The notes beneath the pieces are model-generated. The model did no database searches and was not told where the DNA came from. It saw only the letters and a program-made list of their open reading frames with translations. The translations under genes and the position numbers were made by a program. Shown here one piece after another: positions 1 through 15,100 of a DNA stretch of 64,000 nt. Each line of letters opens with the position of its first letter. Position 1 is the first letter of the stretch. The stretch comes from Styela clava (lineage: Eukaryota), in NCBI RefSeq assembly GCF_964204865.1, contig NC_135253.1, forward strand, positions 6,634,001-6,698,000, in the 5' to 3' direction.

Positions 1-122
1 GAGATTTGAACCTGTGAAATTACAATGCATGGTAATCATCATCGATAATGCAATTGTATTCTTAAAATTTAGTACTTTGCGCGAACCGGCAAGCCAAATC
101 ATCGATTCTTTCAAATTTTTAG

Positions 123-3100
123 GAACTGAAGGAAGAACTAGTTGCTCGAAATGCTACTGTTGAGCAAGTGGAATTACTGAAATCAGAATTCAACGAAAAA
201 GAAAAAGTTTTGTTGTCGGAACATGAACAGTTTGTTGAAAATTTAAAAGAAGAACATGAAGCAGAATTATCAAGCATGAGGTTTGAAAAAATGAATTTTT
301 TTTTGCGTTTGAAAATATTAAATCATTAAACTATATAATTAAATCATGCTTGTAGCATGTTTGAATTTTTTTTTATACATTTGGCATGTTTTGCAAATTC
401 ACATTTCAAAATGGACATAAAAGTACATTTTTGGACATTTCTGACTTGATTGTGAATGGATTTTTATTGCATAAATTAGGTATGTAAGCATGCCAAATGA
501 ATAACATTATGCACTGCAATATTTTAAGTATTGGGACCTATTCATTTGAGGTGCTTTCTGAAAATCATCAAAATATAAACGAAAATTTACTTTTTCTTCA
601 GAGTCGTAACTATATTTCTTATATAATTTCGTGTATCTGTAATTTCAATGAAAAAATTGTAACCTAACTGTTACTCAAAAAACAACACTACTTCAAAAAC
701 AATATTTTTCTTAAAATCCCTGTTCTTCGAAAAACCAAATTACTATTATATGAAATATATACAAAATTATAAAACAATTTTTAAAATTCAATTCAACTGC
801 AATTTTTAAAATTCCTGCCCTCAAATAGAAAGCAACTCGAAGCGAATTTGCCTTCTGAATCTGGTGATTACGAACAATATAGAAGTGATCTCGAGAAAGA
901 ATTGATTGAATACAAAGAAAAACTTGCTGCGGCACAAGCGAATCTTGCATCAATATCAGCATCATCACCCATGAGACCAATGTCATCTGCTTCTGATTAT
1001 GATCCTGCTAATATTTCTGCAATGAAAAAAGATATAAGAAAGTATGAAAATTTATCATCAGTGTTTTTATAAACTATTCAACGATTGGTAAAATATTTTT
1101 TTGCATGAAATCTCAATTTGAGCGAATCATTTCTGAAGGAGAGGAAAGCCAAAATGGTGAACCACGGCCTCTTGTTTGGTTACCAGTCTATGTCGGGTAT
1201 GAGAATAGTTAATAGTTTGTTAGTTAATTTGTTACAGATATGCAGGCTTCATGATGTAGGATACCGTACCCGACCAGCGGTTGGTTACCTGAACCACTCT
1301 ATGACAGCGAGGAGTCCAGCAATCCTATAGTATATAATCATCGCAACAAACTGGAAAAGTTTTGATCCTTCCAAAATAATAACTCTTTATAGCTTTTACA
1401 TGGCCTTGTTTGGAGTAAAAGTCACAATAAAACATTGTATAAAAATTCTTGATGTTAATTGCGACTTTGCTTTTCCATTAGTGCTTTGACTATCACTCAC
1501 ATTTCTGATGTTTCTGGGATTGGTGACGAACTTGAGGAAGGTGTTCTTCATATGACAACCGAAGATGAGGAGATGTTGGAAGAGGGAGAACTTCCTACTC
1601 TAGAAGAGGGAGATCTGATTGAGAGCAAGGAGAGTCAAGTAACAGAGCAGGAGAAGGACGAAGATGAGTCATCTTCATCTTCTTCTTCTTCATCAGATGA
1701 GGATTCTGTTCATGAGGAGAAAGAAGAGGTAGTTGCTCAACTGCAAGATTCACAACAACTCGGTGAGAGTGTTGATATTGGAAATGAAATTGAGATTTTA
1801 ACATCAAAAGTAGAGGAATTGCAGAATGAGTTGCTTCAGTGAGTAGAATATATCATTGCTTAAACATGAAAGATTTTTGGAACCAAAGTGTACAAAAATT
1901 CATTTTCTTCAACAAATGAACTTTTAGACTTCGAATTTTTTGTACGGATTTTTGTTAACATTGTGGTTGTCATTTTTCTTTCATATCTAATATCTGGTCA
2001 TTGCTCTATAGCAGACGTGGGCAAACTACAACCAAATCCAACTAAATATTGTTGTAAATTTTATGTCACACTTACATGGCCCGCCAGTCTAGGTACGCCC
2101 CGGTCCATAATAACCTGTTTTAATAACGATTATGTTTTGTTTATTGCTGATTTTGAACTGTAGAACTGAAAAGAGACAATCCAATAAGTACTTCCCTAAC
2201 GTCACACATCCTGTTTTCGATTATTTTCATCTTTTATGATATCTATTTCCTATTTCAGAATGACGGATTCTCATAAATCAGAAATGCAAGAATTGATGCA
2301 AAATTATGAAACACAATTACAAAATAAAGACCTAGAATTTGAAGAAAGCAAAAATCAAGCTTTGAAAGAAATAGAAGATCACTATGTTGCAGGTAAATAG
2401 GAGGAATAACTAAATAGTTGCAGTAATATTGTGTCCGTAAATTAAAAGGTTAAAATACTGAGTACGATCTCATGGTTAAAGCATTAGACTCAACTATGCT
2501 GGCATTGCTGATTAAAAATCTTGGGTTCAAATCCCCTGTCCACCTCTCCGTTCAGGGTGTAATAAATTGGGTAGGCAATGCCGAACCAGAGAGGTTCCAG
2601 TGCTCCAAAACTTCAGTATCTCCTTACTTAGAAGTGCTCGCTTGTACAAAGCCTTGTTCGGAGTGAAAAGCGTATAAATAAATATATTGTATAAAAATAC
2701 ATATCAAATATTCATATACATTTGCTATATTGAAAGATTTTAGGAATAATTCAAAATTGTTTTATAAAAAAATTTGAAATTTTATAAAGAAATTTGAAAT
2801 TCAATGTGGAGACTGAAAATAATCTTCATTTTTTACTAATATTCAAAAAATTGCAAATCAGACTGACGTTTATATTTTTAAGCTCATTTCAAAATATATT
2901 CGATGTATGATATTTTCAAGTTATTAGTTTTGACCATCTGAATATATTTCTTTTACATAAATCTCTATACGAAATTAAAATGCCACTTTAGGGTTTCAGA
3001 CGTACTGGTAATTCATTTATTGTGAAGTTTTTAAGTTTTTTAAAATTTTTATTTTAGAAATAATCTAGAATAGCTTCATTTTCAAAACTCATCGTTGTAA

Positions 3101-6100
3101 GAAATTGAAGTCTAACAGCATGACCGAGGATGGCCTCATATAACATCTGAAAACTATTCGCCCAATCAAATCAGTGTTTATATCAATTTTCTTTATTTTC
3201 AAATTCAAACTCAATGAATACGCGAATACATATATATAATGCATACAGATATACATACAGACACATTTGATATTTAATATTCGGATATTGTGTTTCCGAA
3301 TGTATTTAGAATATTGAATTATTGGATTTTGACCCTTCTTGGTCGCTTTCATGCTACATATTTTGTGATCAATTAGAAAAAGAAGATCTTCTGCAAACAC
3401 ATGCAAATGAGATTAAAACTTCACAAGAGCAACATGAAAATGAAATAATGCAATTGAGATTAAAATGTGCTTCTGAAACTGCTAGTCAGGTAATTAAAAC
3501 AGTTTTCATTTTCACCTTTCTTATTGTATGCTTTAAGTCGAAGAAGTAAAATGCTGGTCTTTCCAATTTGAGCATTCAAGTGCGTGATTGTCCATAGCTT
3601 TAATTGAATGAAATAAATTTTAAGTGATCGAACATGGATAGTGTAGTGAACAGACATTTTTACGAAATTTACAGAATTCTTTTCGTGTTTCCTGCTACTT
3701 ATTTTATTTATTATTTATTTATTTTTGTTGTAATATTTGTAAAATTAACAGATTGAATTGGAACCCTTCGAATGTCAAATTTTTTTCGAGTGTTTTCAAT
3801 GTAAAATATCCCTAAGCCATATAAAATGTTGTTTTTGACACACCAACAAATTTCCATCGTATTATTTTGCATTCACTATTTTAATTGTGAAAGTATTTTC
3901 GAGACTATTCACTATTTTTCCAGGTTGATGATGAACTCAACAAACTTAGAAATGAACTCGAAAATATTCACAAAAATGAGATTGAAAGTTTGAAGTTAGC
4001 AATGGAAACTCAGATGAATGAAAAAATTCAGGAAAAAGACGGTGAAAAAGAAGATGGTATGGTATTTAATAACTTTTATTTCAGAAAGGTCTATTATTTT
4101 CAATAGTTAGTATTCCAGTAATCCATAATTCGCCTTCACTGTTATATTAAATATAGTTTTTCTGTTTTTTCATTTTTGGACTCAGAGTGGACTGTTGTTT
4201 TTCCATTAGCTTAAATTCCATTAGTTTTACTTTTATATTTTTTCTGAACCTGATGTTTCACACCAAATTTTGTTGGTTCTTGTATCTCACTTTCATGTGA
4301 CATTTTATATAATTTTTTTAATATTCAACTAGAATGTTGCTTGCAGATTGCTATGCCATATTATTGCGGTAGTTATTTAACCTTCATGTCCTTTTTAAAA
4401 ATTCAGCTTTGTCAAAACTCTCTGAAGAACACTCGAGCAGCATGCAAGAAAAAATATCCGTTCTCATGTCTGAATTGTATGAACAAAAGCAGGAAAGTTT
4501 ACAGAAGCTTTCTGATCAACATCGAGATGAATTGAAAAAAATTCAAGATAAAAATGATAAGTTAAATGAGGAGAGAACTGAAAACCATCAGAAGGAGATT
4601 GAGAGGTACATATAGTTATTGTCAATGTGTTAATTTAATTCTTAAACTTATATTAAATACATTTAATAAACTCGGAAGAAAATAAAACTTCAAAAAGAAA
4701 TCCCAATTGACCACTACCAAGAACTGGACTCAGTAATTTGGATTTGACCAAGAAAAAATTAACTTAAGGTTTTTAGTCTCCATTTTTCATGTGACTCCTA
4801 TAAACGTCTTTTATATCCATCAAGGCCCTAATACTGGCAGCCACTGATACCTATGTGAGTGAGGAGGTACTATTATTTTGGAAGAATCAATGTCCTTTGA
4901 TTTGGCATTGCATAGTAAATTTATTACCCCCTGCCCTGAGTGAGGTGGAATTTGAACCTCAGATGTTTGTAATTTGTAATTTGTGATGTCGACGCATTAA
5001 GTCTAACGCTTCAATGGCTAATCTGCCGTCTATCAACACCTGTACACTTACTTACACTCATATTGTTAACTTAGCATGGAATAAATCTATAGTGTTGTTT
5101 AATACAACGCACAATTATATAATTACTACTCATAAAAAAACTTCAAATTCTGTATTCTTATTCCCATTTCAATATATTCTATATTGAAAGTTGCTGTTGT
5201 GACTACATTTGAATGATTGGGGTTAAATTTCATTGATATAGAATCTTATTATTTGTACATGTATACTGTTCAAGTTGTTTGTATTTGTACAACCAAATCC
5301 CTTTACCAAAACGAGAAGCAATGATTATTTAATATGGTCTTATCTTAAATGACATCCTGATTAGTTATATACTTCAGCTTATCAACAATTATGTGCTAAC
5401 TTGGGGTCTGTAATCAGATGTCTTTCAATCACAGTATTGCTTGTTAGTGAATAGGCTATGGTTAGGGATGTTCTTAGAATTTTTTTTTTCATAATGAATT
5501 GAAAATTGTGGTATGAAAAAAGTTTTTGAAATTCAGATATCCCAGCCTGGGAATAGTTTATTTTTTGAACAAAAAAATTGGATAAATAAATTTCATTTTG
5601 TAGAAAAGTTGAACCGTGATTTTGCTACTAAGTTTTTAACTATGGAATAGATTTCTACATGACCAAACTATTTAAATGTATACATTGCTTGTATAATTTT
5701 CTAGCATGTTTTGCTCTAAATTAAGGGATGTTTTACTTCTGAGTCATGAATAATTTTCTTATATTCACTATTGCTGAAGTTACATTGTTGGCTAAATAAT
5801 TTACTGGAATAGTTATTTTTTTAAAATGATTCATTTGTTAGTTTAAAGAGGAAACAGACGGTTGAACTTAATAAGACATGCAAAGTTATATAATCAAATA
5901 TTATTAATGTTTGAAGGATATAAAAAGACTCATTAGCAATTAATAGGCATTGAGTTTTATCTTTATATCCTTTGTTCTCTTTTTAGTACAATAGTCAAAA
6001 TAGATGGATAATATCAGCTTCTTTCCTAGAATTTTATGTTTTTGTATTAACATGTGAAGTATTTTTACCTCACTCATTTTCTTATTATAATGTCATTTGT

Positions 6101-9100
6101 ATATATTTTGAATTTCTAGATTGAATGCTGATATACAGAATGCTAAACAAGAATATCAGGAATTACTAGGTAGTTTAGAAGATGGTGACAATGATCATAT
6201 CAAGTATGTCTACTCCTTTTTGTTTTCAACATCTATTATTTTTTTGGAATGATTTTCATTTACCGGTACTCAAATTTTGCAGAATGATTGAAGATCAACA
6301 CAAAAATGAAATCGAAAAAATAAAGAATCAACTTGCAGAGGAAAATGAAATCAAATTGAGAAAACAAGCAGAGGAATTTGAACAGGTCAGGTTTTTAAAT
6401 AACTTTTCATTTAACTGCAGAAATTAGATCTTCCAAATTCAAAAAATAGTGGAAATCATTTGTTGATAACTTCATCAGAGCTTCAAAAAAAAGTGAAATT
6501 ATATATTATTTTCTTAGTAGTGAATATATTCTACCATTATAAATAGGGATGTCTAAAATGGATCGAATTCTCAAATAGGCCTACATTAGAAGTTGTAAAT
6601 ATTCGATGTAAAATGTACTTAGTTCAACTTTTGACATTGAAAAAGAGAAAATGTTAGTTAAAAGGTTTATCGTAATAATTCTGAATTACCATTTTTTTTA
6701 TGAATTCACAATTTTCAAATAATAGAACAAGGTAGAAATGTTATACTGAAAATAATATATCAAACAGTATATGGATTTATAAATTATTCGATTTTGGCCA
6801 TCCTCTATTATAAGTATTACCTTGTATTGTTTGAATGTTAATCTTATTTTTTTAACTTGAGACATCAAAAATACTAATATAATATAAAATTGTTCTCTTA
6901 GAATTACGTTACTAATTTCTAATTTAAAAACTCAATTAGCCAATTTCAGTGAAGAATCTTGGTATTTATCAAATTTTACTTCATAATATTTGATGTAAAT
7001 CATGATTTTATTCACTATTAAAATAACGAGTTGAAAAATGTCAATTTTACTATCTTAGTTGAGTGAGGTTTGTCTAGAAAAAGTCTTGCTTTGTCTGAAT
7101 GAAACGTTGGAGAAAAATATTTGTGTTAGTGTAGAACAAGACTAATGAATCACTTTTACAATATGGCTTCAAATATCATCTGTTTGTTTATGTAAGAAGC
7201 ATAATTTATTCTGTATACTCCTGGATTTAGAATTTATTTAAGACCTTTGTATTGTTTTGTTACTTTTCGTGATATCTTCCATGTGCCAGAGTATCTAATT
7301 TTATATTCTTCAAAATTGTCAGTTTTATCAACTGCCTTTTAATGATCGAGTTAGAATCCACAATAATACACTCAACTTTGTTGACACAAGCATTTGATTG
7401 TCTGCCACTAAACCGTTTTATAACCCTTCTATTCGTCTAACGGTCTGTTCTGTGTTGTTAGTGAGTGCTTATAGTATATTATTTTATGAGTGCTTGGTAC
7501 ATAGACAATAATAGACTTGTTTCATGTCTGTTATTTTTTGAATATTTTGAAACTTGAGCAGAAAGGTTATTTCGTCATGAGTTTGCTACAGGGTAAAATT
7601 TGTTATGGTAAAAATGTTGAAGATTGTTAAACAAATCAAATATAATTGAGTATGAGGTATTGGCAGTTGAATACATTGTATCTATGGCTCTTTATATACC
7701 GGTATCCATATATATCTAGTAATGCATTGCAAAAATAGGCTATTTAACTTAAGGATCATTTTTCACATGCAATGCTCTTAGTTGCTACTGGGCAAATATT
7801 TCAATATGATTTTCTTATTAATCTCTGAGAAAAGGAATTTTGATAAGATGATAATAATATGGTGAACCTGAACTGTGGTCTTTAGTTGGGTATGGGGGTG
7901 GGAGATATAGATAACCGTTTTCTGTTCATGCATGGACTATAATTTTAGTTTAATTGTGGTTTGATGTATATTTCTGAGGATTTTGTAGATAGTTTCAGTA
8001 ATAAAAAGTTCGGTTAAAAGTTCAACTTTGAAATATTATTGCTTATTCTTGTGATGAAGAAGTAAACTCATTTTTTGTCTGCGTGTTCTGATGTTACCTA
8101 AGAAAAATAAACTAATTCGATAAACTAGAGGTCTGTTAAAGTAAAATCTCGGATTTCTTATTATTTTCTGTGTAAACCCAGTGGTGAGATTCAGCCGGTT
8201 GGCACCGGTTCCATAGAACCGTCTCACAGAATTTTATGAGATCAGCAAACCGATTAGCATTACTGGCACTGTCAATGTTCTGTTTGTAACAGAACCGGCT
8301 GTGTACCCACCACTGTGTACACCTGTCAGTTTGTGCAATTATGCAATCTAGATTTCTGCTAATTGGAATTGAAATAAACTTTAAAACTATGCTCTTTTCA
8401 ATTCACTACAATTTTAGAACCAGGTCTTATTTGAGGTTCAATGTTCGAAATTGTGAATTCATGTGTAGATGAAGTAGAATGTGATCAGAATTTTGTAACT
8501 TTTTCTCTTGAATAAGCATTGTTATACTTAGTTTAAAATTGGAATTTAAATTGGTTCGCTTTGCCTCGATATTGTTATTAATTCTTAATTCCGCAAGTAA
8601 AATTTTTGGTGCTCCAGAAGCGGTGCACTATTATGGAGGGAACTAATTTTAATCGCCTACTTTACATCAAGTTGTGGAAATGGACTGAAACCTATGAGCA
8701 GAGAATATATTCACTTGGCTAACACAGACAGTTCCCGAACTCGTAATAGAACTGATTAACTGAAATAAGGAAAATTGAAATAAAATGTTGGCCTAACCCT
8801 AACCCCACACTACGGGAGTACCAAATTTTTTAATATAACAGCTTTTGATTTTACTAGAAAAACTTTTTACAGAAACCTTCCTACGTTCAAATACATGACA
8901 TGATGAACAATATTTAATTAATTGGTAAATTAATACTTTTTATTTAATTTAGTAGTTTGCCCAGTTTTTAGGTATTGTCCTACATTTGCTTTCTTAATAT
9001 TCCTTGATAAAAATTGATTGTTTTTCAGTGGTGTAGTGTAACTCTATTTATATTTCAAATTCTTTTCAGTCACAATCAGAATATGTCAAACAACATCAAC

Positions 9101-12100
9101 AACAAATAGATAAATTTGTAAATGAGAGAGAAGAAGACATTCGCCGAGTGGAGGAAGCAAAACAAAAGGAATTAGATGAACTTGATCACAAATATAAAGA
9201 AGAAATCAAAAATCTTCAACTGAAATTAGAGGAAGGAAAATTGTCAGAGCAATCTGAAATTGAAGACAAATTTGAAGAAGAAAAAAATAAGTTGAAAGAA
9301 GAGTTTAATGAAGAGGTTTGATTCATTGTGTTTCTAATGAATGTTCAGATAACATTTAGTACTAGACTAACTAGGATTTACTGAAAACTGGACGTTTCCT
9401 GGCTCGCTACCAGTAATCCTTTCACCAAATGAACCAAACGATATAGATGAAAATTCACGCTTACCGTAATAGGCCTTGGATAACTTCAACAGCGAGGTAC
9501 GTCTGTAGAGCGATCCTTCAAGATAGTGTTAGATATCAGTGGCTACTTTTATCTGGCTTTGTTCAAAACAAAAGGCACGAGTGAGCGTTGTATAACCTCA
9601 TTATACAAAATCAAATTTGCCCCTCAAATTTTGGGCTGGCTACGCTTTTGGTGCTAGGTTATGCAGAGTGCAGAAATGATGGGATAGATTCAATAATTGA
9701 AAGTTAGTAAATTCTGTGGACTTTAGTATATTTGGCAGTATTAAGTTTTCTTTTAATGTATTTGGAAATTTTTTTGAAGGGTTTGATGAATTGGGTAGGC
9801 TGATATTCCTACAAACTATAGGATCTTTCTACCTATCAGTGCATGCTTGTCCTGATTTTTGTTCAGACTGAAAAGCTTTCAAAAACGTTGTATAAAAAAT
9901 ATCGTCTATCGAAACTAAACTGAATGCTAGTATGGCTCAATCAATTTTAAATGCATAGATCATTTCATCAACTGGGATATCTAATTGATATTTTTCTGCA
10001 GTTGAAAGTAGTTGCAACTAAACTTGTGGAAATTAAAGAGGAAAGAGATGAATTATTATCACTGAGAGATCAACTGCAATCTCAATTACAACATATTGAA
10101 TCAGAACACGAACAAGCACAAGCTGAATTGAAGGCAGCTCTGATAGCTCATCATATGGAAAAATTTCAGGTATGGCAAAAAGTATTATTGTAATTCAGAA
10201 TTCTATAATTATATTCAGGGGAGAGATAGAGAAAGGATATATATTAGGAGGATGTGAAATATATTTATTTGGAGAAACTTCAACTGTGCTTTTTAGGTTG
10301 TAAGCCATACAATAGTTTGTATACAAGTTATAATCAATTTTGATTTTAAGGGTGGGTTGGTTTTAGGAAACTGAAAGTATATTTGTAATGTACATTTGTG
10401 AACATGAAATGATTGTAATTAAGTTAGAAACAGTCATGTCCTATTTCTCTACTTTTATTATTGGTTGCTTTAAACTGGGAATAGAATTAAAATTCCTGTT
10501 TCACTGAAAATGAATAAATCTTCAAAGATTGGTATTCCACAATCCTTGTAATCTTGTAATGTAGAAATTAAATGAACTGTGTTGACATTGCATGGTAAAA
10601 ATCTTGGGCTCAAATCTGATACCCACCACCTCATCGAGGGGGTGATCAGTTGGGAGAACAATGGTGAGCCAGAAAGATACGATTTATTCAAACTATAGTT
10701 GGCTCCTAGTTTAGCAGTCGATGCTTGTGCAAAGAATTTGCAGTGAAAGGTTTATTGAAAAATTATACATAAAGTTAATGCCCAAAATCTCAGCAATTTC
10801 GGCAGTTTTAATTAAGGATTTTTATATTTGCATCTTAATATAAATTAGGTATTTTTCTTCATATTTCTATTAGGCTGCTATTACTGAACTTGATCAACAT
10901 CATTTGGAAGAAATGGAGAAATTACGACAAGATCATGAGAAGGAGACTGATCAATATAAAAAGGTTGCAGAAGATCTTATTCAGAAGATGAAAGATCTGG
11001 AGGAAGAATATAAATCCAGCATTTCATCTTTGAAGGAAGACAAAGAATCTTCTGTCCAGAATCTTGAGATGGAATACAGAGAGAAATTGGAAGAAGAAAA
11101 AATAGAACATGGATCAGCCATTACATCAATGAGAGAAGCTCATGAAGCTCAAATGCTTGCAATTCAAGAGGAACATGATGCTCAACTCAGGTTGATTGAA
11201 GAGGTATTGGGAAATTAGACAACTTGATAACTCATTATGTCCAATACTTATAAAAATGCGACGACGTTGCAGTTAAGAGTTAATATCAATTTACTAAGTA
11301 ACTGAAGTGCTTTACTGTTAACATACACAAAAAATATTTTTGTATTTTATTTGTCCCCTCAAAGATATTCTAAGTCTTTCATACGAGTATTCAAATGTTA
11401 TTTCATTTTTTTATTTCCTCATTTTGAATTTCAGTACTTACTATGTTTGCTTTGAGATTGTAACCTGGACACAAAAAAATTTAACATTATTACCTCTTGT
11501 TCACACTGACAAATCGTTTGAAAAAATGCACATCTTATAACCTTGCTTTAGAAGTTATATTTAGTTGTTCATAGGAAAAAAGGTTATTTTCTATATATCT
11601 AATCAGGGAAACTTGTAAATATCTGAACTACTGTTATCCTTGACCTAATTTTTTGAAATTTATTCATAAAATTGCTTATTATTTATACCAGGAAGTTGCA
11701 ACACAGAATATGAATCACAAAGAAGCACTCAATAATATCTTACAATCACAAGCAATTAAACTTGGTGAATTACAACAACAATTCGATGTTGCATTGAATG
11801 CAACAAAAGCAGAAGGACAACAACAGGTTGAAGTAAGTTGAATTCTTTTTCTGGTAGGCTACATATAGAATGCAAAATAGACTTTTTTCGGTGCTCCCGA
11901 AGTATGCGAACCAAGATGGCGGACATCGGAACGTAACATGGGTAACAGGTTAGGGTTAGGCGATAATTTTTTTCCAATTTTCCTTATTTTAGTCATATTA
12001 TCAGTTCGAAGACTAGCCAAGAGCCTCCCGTAGTATCTATACCTAAAATTATGGCCTAACTCTAACCTAGTACACATATTACATTCCGATGTCCGCTATC

Positions 12101-15100
12101 TTGGTTCGCATACTTCGGAAGCCCCCTTTTTTCTTATAATAGGAAATGTGTTTCAGTGATGTAGAAATTTATGTTGTTCCATCTAGCTAGTATTTCATTT
12201 TAGCTAGTATTTATCAATATTGGGGAAAGTATACATGTACAAGATCATACTGTATAATCATACTCTATAACACAAATTTGCGCTGTACACCTATTTTGAT
12301 AGACATCGGACAGAACTAAGAATGAGAGGCATATAGTATTGTCATGTGTACATATATTAAAGGGCTAGAAGGCAAATCATTGGCCAGATGATGGGGAAGG
12401 GTAAAGAATACAAAACTGTTAGTGGGAAGATCCATAAGAAAAGTTTTATGGTGATAAATTGCAGTGTATCATGAACTGTAACAATTCTATGTCATATTTA
12501 TGAATATAAGATGGAATTAACTTTATCATCCATGACCATTTTAAAACTTGTTAAGTTGGTATAAACAAATTACAATCCTAAAACCTCGTTAAAAGTTAAA
12601 AAAAGGGGGATATTCTCCTGAATTGTGAAATTTTTGGCCGCGTTGGCCTGTAAGTAAACATTTCAACAAGTTGTTCTTCCTAATAGCAAAAATTATTTCA
12701 ACTGAGCTTTTGCACATCCTAAACATCAATTTTAATCATTACAGTTGTTGGAAGGAAAAGTAAAAGAGCTTGAGAATAGATTAGAAAAAGCTACAAATCT
12801 TCAGGAAGATCTCAAAGCTGCAAAGTCAGAAACTGAAAATATTGAAGCTGAAGCTTCTTTACAACAAAATATCTCAGAAAACCTAGAAGCATATGAAATT
12901 CAGCTTAAAGAGGTTTGCATCCTACTTTTATTAGAATACCTAAACTTCTGCTGTTTGTGTATGTTTGTCTTCAATAGTTCATCAATAATCTGGGAAACTT
13001 CACACAAAGATTATGCTCTCTCTAGAATATGTTTCGAATGATCTGGGTTCTATTTTTTCTGGGTCACCAAGTAGATCGAGTATATAATGATAATAACCAT
13101 TTCTTGATATGGTAAAGACTTTGGAAACTTCACATTGCTGTTCAGAAAAATTTCATCAGGGCATAATTTTATGGAGAATTTTATTTTTTTTTACCATATC
13201 ATGTTCTAATGATTTTTGAAAAGGTGGCAAGTTGAATTATTTTGTCTATATCCTCAAAATGGATATATGCTGGTGGCAAATGAAATTTGAACACACGATG
13301 TTGTTGAAATTTTTGACTCTTATTTGGTATTTTGAACTAACAGTATTGTAAATTTGTGGATTTTCTGATAAATTTTCTATATATTCAGTAAATAATAGTT
13401 ATTCAAGCCAAATATACAATACCAAATCAGGCAAAATAAGATTGTAGGGCCTATATAACGTGTTTCCCCCCAAATCAAATCAATTATTTCAATTTTCTTT
13501 CGAAAAAATAACACTAGGTCTTATTTTCGGGGGAAACACGATATATCTAGATTGTCAGTATTGTTCAAAAAATTTCTTCAATATACCGTAATTTACATTT
13601 TATTATTCATAATTTAATTTTGTCATCAGCTCACAGAAGAACTTGAAAAATCCAAAGAAGAAATCGATTCAATGAATTCGAAGATTGAGTTTGAACGAGC
13701 TGAATATGAATCGGAAATTGATCAATTGCAAGATGAATTAAGAAATAAAGAAGAAAATGTTAAGGTGATTTACCTTGGAATGAGTCATTGTTGTTGAAAA
13801 ACATTCCATTGTGTAAATATAAATAAAGAATACAATACTTTGTTTAAAGGCTTATTGCTTGGGAAAATTACATATAAATAAAGCAATGCTCAGACTTATG
13901 ATCTCAATTGTCTAATACCTACAGCAGCAAATTTTCTACCAAATGTCTAATAAAGCTGCATGCTTGGTGCCACATAAAGGTGTGCTTGTGAAATATGGAA
14001 AAAACCCCAGCAAAATTAACGATGAAATATCAATTCATGTGGGACGCATAAAAAATTTTCATCTGGGGTGAGACAGTGGGGTGTGTTCAGGCTCAGAGAA
14101 AATTCGAAAAAATTTTAGTAAAAATTCTTTCGTCTTTGAATGCTGAAAATTTGAAATGGATTGGTCCATTAGTTTAAGGAAAAAGCGGTATTTCATATTC
14201 CCAACATGCACACCAACAATAACAACAACATCGATTTAGCAAAATGAAACACAGTAGCCTACACTCCATATCTACTTAATTGAGAATATTCTTAAATATG
14301 CAAATCTTTCCAATTATATCACTTTGTACAAAATCCTATTTTTAATTGAGACTCCTTGCTTTAATTTCAGCTTTCATATTCTATTTTCATTATACTTTAG
14401 TGCAACAGCCTTTTTTAAAAATTCATTTAAATCTTCCAATCACAGGAATTGGAAAGTGAATTATCAAAGAACAAAACTGCCATTGAAAAAATGAATGAAA
14501 AATTTGAAACAATAACTTCAAGAAGAGATAGAGAAGGAAAAGAAGAAGATAATTTGATTCATATGTTGAGAGATGATCTGGATAGAATTAACGAAGAAAG
14601 GTAAAGTAAAATTGAATTTTGAAAAAAACATTATTGTCCTGATAGCTTGGCAGTTAAATCTTAACTATGTTGGCAATGTAGATTTTATATCTTGGGTTCA
14701 AATCTTGTAATGTTGTAATGCAGGAGTGTGCAATCTGCAGCCCGTGGGCCAAATGCGGCCCACAAGGAAAAATTGTGCGACCTTTTGTGCCAATTTTGAA
14801 TGGTGTGCGGCCTGCAAAATGAGTTTTTGATTTAGTTTATTCTGGAGCATGCGAATAATTCCAAAGCCTGTACCTGAGTCCTATGACGTTACAATGCCCT
14901 AGCAGCAAGCTTGTGCGAAGCGAACAATGCATGTCATAAGATCAATAACCAAAATTTTTGTGCCTGCAACTGCTACAAAGCCTATGTTAAATAAAGGTGC
15001 AGCACACAGTTTCACCCAGTTATTCGTATCTGGCCCTTCTGTATTAAAGGTTGAACACCCCCTGGTGTTATGAATTGGGTAGCCAAATCTGAACCAGAAA

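Noticed and set aside
2470-2540. tRNA gene (A and B boxes present)
   Set aside because: No consistent cloverleaf; followed by a shared core and tail found in many diverged copies, so a SINE head.
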